Source: Thermoproteota archaeon (GTDB taxonomy: Archaea; Thermoproteota; Thermoprotei_A; Sulfolobales; Ignisphaeraceae). Taken from it: 64,000 nt of DNA. The DNA lies in assembly GCA_030550585.1 (NCBI GenBank), contig JAUQPB010000001.1:640001-704000 (forward strand), read 5' to 3'. A program made the translations under genes and the position numbers. Below the pieces are notes generated by a model. That model had not been told where the DNA came from. It did not search any database and saw only the letters and a list, made by a program, of their open reading frames with translations. Below, in pieces: positions 58,694-64,000 of this stretch (position 1 is its first letter; every line of letters begins with the position of its first letter).

Positions 58694-59461
58694 ATGCTAA
58701 AGACAGTAAACCTAGACATTGGTTTTGACAAGCCACTAGTTAGAAATATTAACATCTATATCGAGAAGCCCTCTCTAGTACAGGTGATGGGGCCTAATGG
58801 TGCCGGCAAAACAACTTTTCTAAAAACCTTAGCAGGCTTGATAAAGCCATTGAATGGAAGGATTTATATCGATGACGTTGACGTGACTGGAAGTAGCGAG
58901 AAGGCCGGCAGGTTCATATCATTCTCTCCTCAGATAGTTACAACAAAACAAGGCGAGGCATTTCCAATTAGTGTGTGGGAATTTGTTGAATTTGGTGCTG
59001 ATTTGTGCTATAGAAAGAGAGGAGTGGGCATAAGCAAAATGGAGTTAAGAAAAGTTGTTAGAGATGCTCTACAGTCTGTTGGTATTGGACAGGAGCTTTG
59101 GGGGAGGAGTATATGGAGGTTGTCTGGAGGACAGAGACAGAGGATTTTCATAGCTAGAGCCATTGCTTGTAACACACCTATTATCTTACTAGATGAACCC
59201 CTCTCATCAATTGATCCCGAGGGAAAAGCCGAGATAGCAAATCTCATCGGGTCTCTAAGCAAATCAAAAATAGTTATTGCAACATGCCATGATCCTGAGA
59301 TGCTTCTGAGGTACACAGACCTTGTACTGCTTATTGGAAAGGGGAAATACGTTGCAGACAAGCCAGAAAATGTTCTAGTAGGCAACGTTCTTAGAGAATT
59401 CTATGGAGAATCGATAGTGGAATTCGCTAACCACATACATGTATGCGATTATCATGTCTGA
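58694..59461 (+). CDS. znuC: Zn/Mn ABC transporter ATPase
   Basis: GPNGAGKTT, LSGGQRQR, LLDEP and a His-rich tail; divergent from the substrate-binding protein gene. Confidence 0.88.
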   Translation: MLKTVNLDIGFDKPLVRNINIYIEKPSLVQVMGPNGAGKTTFLKTLAGLIKPLNGRIYIDDVDVTGSSEKAGRFISFSPQIVTTKQGEAFPISVWEFVEFGADLCYRKRGVGISKMELRKVVRDALQSVGIGQELWGRSIWRLSGGQRQRIFIARAIACNTPIILLDEPLSSIDPEGKAEIANLIGSLSKSKIVIATCHDPEMLLRYTDLVLLIGKGKYVADKPENVLVGNVLREFYGESIVEFANHIHVCDYHV

Positions 59462-59518
59462 TGATCGAACAAACCATGATAAATCATAGCATGTTTCTGG
59501 TTGGCGCCTAGAGTCACA

Positions 59519-60862
59519 TCATATCTGGCATTTTTGCCTTATCTTCTGTGCATAGTCTAGAGATCTTTCTATCAATTCTTTGTAGTTGCCTAAATAGGTT
59601 CTATAATTCAATGCTTCTCTGATCTCCTCCTTTGATAGATACTTTGCAATTCTTTCATCTTTTAGCAAGACTGTATAGAAATCCTCTGATCCAATTCTAG
59701 ATGCAAGCTCGGACAACAGCTTATGTGCTTCATGTCTCGGCATACCCTTCTCAACGAGCTTAACCATGATGGCCTCTGCCATTATGCCCCCCTTGGTAAG
59801 CTCAATGTTTCTCTTCATAGCCTCCTCATCTATGTGTATAACGCTTAGCAGTTTGTCCATGTCTACGAGCATCTGGTCTACCACTAGAAAGATATGTGGT
59901 ATCAGAATTCTTTCACTGCTACTATTTGTCAAGTCTCTTTCATGCATAAGCGGAATGTTCTCTAGAGCTGCTAGTGCAAGCGCTCTTGCAATTTTTGCTA
60001 AACCGGATATCCTCTCTGCTGTAACAGGGTTTCTCTTCTGAGGCATTGTACTACTACCAACTCTTTTAACAGCCTCGTAGACCTCCCCTATCTCTGTCCT
60101 AGAGAGCTCTCTAACCTCTAGAGCGAATCTGTCAAGCTGGCTAGCAAGTATGGCTAGGCTTAAAACAAGCTCTGCAAAGCCATCTCTCGGCGCAACCTGA
60201 GTTGATATGGCATGCGGCTCTAGCCCAAGCTCTTTAGATGCCACCGATTCTACTATCAATCCCCTCCCTCTCCACGCCGCCATGGTTCCAACAGCACCAG
60301 AGATTTTGCTTCTAACAACCCTCTTCTCTACTTCGCACAGCCTCTCCAACCCCCTGGAAAACTCGTATACATAGTTAGCAAATTTGAATCCAAGTGTAAT
60401 CGGTATGGCATGCTGCCCATGTGTTCTACCAGCCATTATAGTGTCTACATACCTCTTACTCAACTCTGAAAGTCTATCAATAATCTTTTCAAGCCTATTC
60501 TTAATGACTCTAAGAGCATCCCTTATGATTAGCGCCCACGCTGTGTCGACAACATCGTAGCTTGTTGCACCTAGGTGAACATACTTTCCGCACTCTCCAC
60601 ACCTCTCACCAAGAATATATGCTAGCGCAGCTATGTCGTGGCCCAGCACAGCCTCTCTCTCATATATCTCCTCTGGCTTCACGCTTTGTGCACAGATCTT
60701 AATGCTGTCTGCGCAACCTCTTGGTGCTAGTCCAGCCTCTTCCAAACCCCTCATAATGGCTAGCTCAACATCTATATATCTTCTGACAATAGAGTCCTGC
60801 CTAAAGATATTCTTCATCTCAGCCGATCCATACCTCCAATCGAAGACACATACGCTGTCCAT
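59519..60862 (-). CDS. purB: Adenylosuccinate lyase
   Basis: HLGATSYD, AGRTHGQHA, GAVGT and GSSTMPQKRNP. Confidence 0.96.
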   Translation of the reverse strand: MDSVCVFDWRYGSAEMKNIFRQDSIVRRYIDVELAIMRGLEEAGLAPRGCADSIKICAQSVKPEEIYEREAVLGHDIAALAYILGERCGECGKYVHLGATSYDVVDTAWALIIRDALRVIKNRLEKIIDRLSELSKRYVDTIMAGRTHGQHAIPITLGFKFANYVYEFSRGLERLCEVEKRVVRSKISGAVGTMAAWRGRGLIVESVASKELGLEPHAISTQVAPRDGFAELVLSLAILASQLDRFALEVRELSRTEIGEVYEAVKRVGSSTMPQKRNPVTAERISGLAKIARALALAALENIPLMHERDLTNSSSERILIPHIFLVVDQMLVDMDKLLSVIHIDEEAMKRNIELTKGGIMAEAIMVKLVEKGMPRHEAHKLLSELASRIGSEDFYTVLLKDERIAKYLSKEEIREALNYRTYLGNYKELIERSLDYAQKIRQKCQI

Positions 60863-60872
60863 TTTAGAGACC

Positions 60873-61982
60873 CTATGTCACAACATCTTCTAGGCATTTG
60901 TTTTCAATGCATTCTCTAATCTCCATAGCTATTCTCCTCCCCATACTCACTGGCTTACCGAAGTAGAGTTTGCTATACTGTCCACCTATACCCATGTGAA
61001 CATTGGTTCCACCACCAATTCTAAAAGCAACATCAAATACAACTACATCCATATCGGATGTGACAAAGAGCTGGAGTGTGAAGGGCCCTATTATGCCTGG
61101 AGGCTCGGCTTTTTTGCATGCCTCGGCAAATCTATCGCCTATCTCAAATAGTTTTTCAAGCATGCTTTCTCTTATGGTAGCCATTTCATGGCCTATCTCA
61201 ATCATTTCAATGTCTATATATTCACTTAGCTCTGTTTGAATATTTGCAGGGAGTCTTAGAAAACCATCTAAATTTGTTTGAATCCTTCTATCAATAGATA
61301 TTATCTCAACATCTCTTCTGGCAATGCTTGCAAAATAGTTTACATTGAAGTGGGCCCCAATAACAAGCTCTTCTATAGATGCTTTAGGCAAATCATCTTC
61401 TCTTACAACACCATCTGAAACAAGCTTCCTAAACTTTTTCCAGAAATCGTCTCTGTCGATAGCAACGAAAAACCCCCTCTCGACCCTCTTTTTGGCATGG
61501 GGCATTTTGACCATGACAGGCCTATCTATTTCATCTGGGCTCGAAAATGTCTTAGGTCTTCTAATGCCAGCCTCATCCAAGATCCTATAGTATGTCTTTT
61601 CCCCGACCCTCTCCTCATATCTAAGAAGATATCTATTGCCGAATATGGGCACAGAGAAGATCTTCTCTATGTTGTCATAGCCTACATAGACAGAGAAGCT
61701 TCTATTGGGAACAAATATCGTGTTATACCTTCTCAGAAGCTCTATATTCTCTTGTCTAACAACATCAGCAAACTTGTCTAGGATCATTGGAACATCAACA
61801 ACTCTCTTAAATCTTAGATATGGCTTCTCCCTTCCCTTCTGACAAACAGCTATAGTCTTAAAACCTTCATCCTTAGCACCATCGAATACATCCAAGGCAG
61901 AGTGGCTAGCTATTGCAGCAATGCTTATATCGCTTAATTTATAGCCATTCAAAAGCTCTTTAACATTTAGTCTTCCGCTCAT
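60873..61982 (-). CDS. purP: PurP-family formate--AICAR ligase (ATP-grasp)
   Basis: IASHSALDVFDGAKDEGF, PNRSF, ERGFF, DRRIQTNLDG and PPGIIGPF. Confidence 0.9.
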   Translation of the reverse strand: MSGRLNVKELLNGYKLSDISIAAIASHSALDVFDGAKDEGFKTIAVCQKGREKPYLRFKRVVDVPMILDKFADVVRQENIELLRRYNTIFVPNRSFSVYVGYDNIEKIFSVPIFGNRYLLRYEERVGEKTYYRILDEAGIRRPKTFSSPDEIDRPVMVKMPHAKKRVERGFFVAIDRDDFWKKFRKLVSDGVVREDDLPKASIEELVIGAHFNVNYFASIARRDVEIISIDRRIQTNLDGFLRLPANIQTELSEYIDIEMIEIGHEMATIRESMLEKLFEIGDRFAEACKKAEPPGIIGPFTLQLFVTSDMDVVVFDVAFRIGGGTNVHMGIGGQYSKLYFGKPVSMGRRIAMEIRECIENKCLEDVVT

Positions 61983-62136
61983 ACTTAACCCAATACACAT
62001 AGATTCTAATCAAATATATGCTTTACGTTTAGAATGTGCATGTAATTTAGATCTTTTCACCTCCTCAAAGAAGAGAAGGTATGCAAAACAGCTGTGCTAA
62101 AGCCCATCGCCCATTCGATGAACAGCATCACATATG

Positions 62137-63141
62137 CTACACCTCTATTATTTCATAATTATCCCTCTCAATTCCAAAATCATTAACTATTCCCAACAGC
62201 CATTTTCTGCACGTCTCAACTCTGTGTAGCGAAAGCGTTTTTGGCACATAGTGAAGAAAAACCTGTTTAGAGAGCTTGTCATAGCCCAATACAGCAACCC
62301 ATCTAATCCCCAAAACAGTGTTTCCAATCACTTCAGAATTGACAAGCTTGAATATGGCGTAACTAGAATTCTCCATATAGTCGTCTATGAATATACATTG
62401 CATGCCGTGTTCAGCTATAAAGCAGTTGTCTTGTTTTAGCCTCATGGAGTTTGGGACCAATGCAAATAAATCGCCTCTTGCAAATAGATACACAGAAGGG
62501 TCTCTGCAAACCCTGTTTGCATAGATACCACCTATGCTGTCTCCAAAGAATTTTTTGAGAATTGTATGAGCATCATTAACACATTCTGAGTGGTATATCG
62601 CACTAATTCTAAACGTGGGTATTTCGAAACCTTGTGGAAAATACTCATAGAATTTGTCTAAGATCCTCATCGTTCTATTCGAAAATCTCGTATATAGAGC
62701 TTTTCTTCCCCTATCTCTCAGTCTGTCGAGAACCCTCTGAATATAGTTTACCCACATCTGTACAGATGCCAGGCACTTCTCCAGGCCATTGAGACAGTTG
62801 GAAACAACATTGTTTGCTATCCTCTCAATGCATTCCCTTGTACGGCAGTAAATATGCGTAGCATAGCCTAGATCCACCAGCCCTTCTACTAGGCTCCAGA
62901 GCTCGTTGCTATAGTTATAAACATGGTATACCCTACCACTATATCTGTAAGTGTGTATATACTGTATGTGTATTGCATTGAACACTCTTCTAAATAGTTC
63001 ATCAACCTTCCAAGCCTCTGCTACAATCAACATGACTCCACGTTTTTTCCTAGCAACACACGAAGATGTTATCTTATCGCATTGCAATATTTCATAGCTT
63101 CTAGTATATGGAGATCCAAAGCCTACATGAATATATCTCAT
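62137..63141 (-). CDS. Hypothetical protein with divergent DUF6745-like C-terminus
   Basis: C-terminal WVAVLGYDKLSKQVFLHYVPKTLSLHRVETCRKWLLGI; follows the RQGDV protein. Confidence 0.6.
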   Translation of the reverse strand: MRYIHVGFGSPYTRSYEILQCDKITSSCVARKKRGVMLIVAEAWKVDELFRRVFNAIHIQYIHTYRYSGRVYHVYNYSNELWSLVEGLVDLGYATHIYCRTRECIERIANNVVSNCLNGLEKCLASVQMWVNYIQRVLDRLRDRGRKALYTRFSNRTMRILDKFYEYFPQGFEIPTFRISAIYHSECVNDAHTILKKFFGDSIGGIYANRVCRDPSVYLFARGDLFALVPNSMRLKQDNCFIAEHGMQCIFIDDYMENSSYAIFKLVNSEVIGNTVLGIRWVAVLGYDKLSKQVFLHYVPKTLSLHRVETCRKWLLGIVNDFGIERDNYEIIEV

Positions 63142-63187
63142 AATTTATCGACGCAGAGGATGAAGATTGTTGATTTACGGATTCTGC

Positions 63188-63490
63188 TTAGTCAACTGGT
63201 CTTGCACTCTCTAGAAGCCAGTCTCTAACAAATCTAAGTACATATATCCCCGGCTCTATTTCGAGTGCAGGATGTTGATCATGTACAATTTTCGTGTTTT
63301 TATGCACAATGACATAGGTTTGAGATAAGCCATCTCTACAAACCTCTGCTTCGAGCAGGTGTCTGTGACCCGTTTCACCGGGTATTTCAAGCTTATTTGA
63401 TGTGGTGTTGCAGAACCTTTTTACGGTATCGCCACTCAAATCAATCTTTTCCAGTATCACATCTCCTTGTCTATATAGCCTTCTCGTCAT
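63188..63490 (-). CDS. Small His-motif 'RQGDV' protein (usual partner of DUF6745 proteins)
   Basis: YRQGDVIL, GETGHRH, HDQH...PGIY and R.VD C-terminus. Confidence 0.75.
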   Translation of the reverse strand: MTRRLYRQGDVILEKIDLSGDTVKRFCNTTSNKLEIPGETGHRHLLEAEVCRDGLSQTYVIVHKNTKIVHDQHPALEIEPGIYVLRFVRDWLLESARPVD

Positions 63491-63578
63491 TGTCCTACCC
63501 ACTAATTGTATAGGATATATATAGTGTGCTTCAGCAACCAGTTTGCTTGTTTATGTAAACAGGGGCATATTTGGAGGG

Positions 63579-64000
63579 CTATCCTCTATGCATCTCAATA
63601 AAATGTAGCAATGTTTGCAAATCCTCGTCTGAGAGTCTTGATGTCCAGTCTATTGAGTATCCATAGTATGCCGGTTTATCACCAAAGATTATGTCAATAA
63701 TCTCTTTTGCAAGGTCATCAAAGTTTTTCGATGTTGTGTCAACCTCGATTACCATGTCTTCTCCAAGCTCTTCAACAGCATTTGCTGTACATATTCCAAC
63801 AAGCTCTGCTTCAACATTTTCAGCTATTTTCTTGGGGCTCCACCCCCTATCCTCAAGCACCTTTATGATTTCGATGGGGTTTCTTCTAAGAACTAAAACA
63901 ACTTCTAGAACATCTTTTGGTATAATCTCTACGTAGTGTCCAACAACTATAATTGGTCCCGTCCTCTTAGCCATGTCCCCGATAGCCTTGCTCAACCTAT
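63579..64000 (-). CDS. Adenylate kinase AK6/Fap7-like (partial, start outside window)
   Basis: IVVGHY, VLVLR.NP...LE.RGWS.KKI.EN.EAE, EVDTT and IDW. Confidence 0.85.
   Translation of the reverse strand, partial: RLSKAIGDMAKRTGPIIVVGHYVEIIPKDVLEVVLVLRRNPIEIIKVLEDRGWSPKKIAENVEAELVGICTANAVEELGEDMVIEVDTTSKNFDDLAKEIIDIIFGDKPAYYGYSIDWTSRLSDEDLQTLLHFIEMHRG

Noticed and set aside
59455-59518. TGATGA at the znuC stop as a C box
   Set aside because: No convincing D box or rRNA-complementary guide. It is explained by tandem stop codons.
1-64000. CRISPR array, tRNA, rRNA, intact transposase or provirus
   Set aside because: I saw no regularly spaced direct repeats, cloverleaf/T-loop motifs, long GC-rich RNA stretches, or transposase or capsid ORFs by eye. 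Short or split RNAs could have been missed.

Overview
Gene-dense, AT-rich archaeal chromosomal segment. GGTG(A)-type RBSs, BRE/TATA promoters, GAPN, ArlX/ArnR and many glycosidases point to a crenarchaeon of the Desulfurococcales (Ignisphaera-like; this is inference). It holds about 60 CDSs. Housekeeping genes include trpS, purB, purP, deoD, ribK, gapN, a MoaD-MoaE fusion, a P-type ATPase and XPD. Larger modules are a stand-alone herA-nurA pair, an ECF transporter, a complete but rearranged archaellum locus (arlB divergent from arnR-arlXGFHIJ), a KaiC-like ATPase, a sugar cluster (UxaC, GH36, GH35, orphan corrinoid protein) and a Zn/Mn ABC transporter. I saw no tRNA, rRNA or CRISPR array. The most notable observation is a 331-aa protein (40068-41063) that appears to fuse a TFB ribbon and one cyclin repeat to a degenerate TBP domain, directly upstream of XPD and near an RHH plus recombinase core-binding-domain protein. 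Other observations: a C/D-box sRNA overlapping the moaD-E start codon, an IS200/IS605 right-end remnant, a likely ATA start for arlJ, an ArlX whose membrane anchor is replaced by a Cys motif, and an archaeal DUF6745-like two-gene module. All family assignments come from motif recognition by eye, not from database searches. Several start codons were moved from the ORF track to fit RBS or TATA positions.
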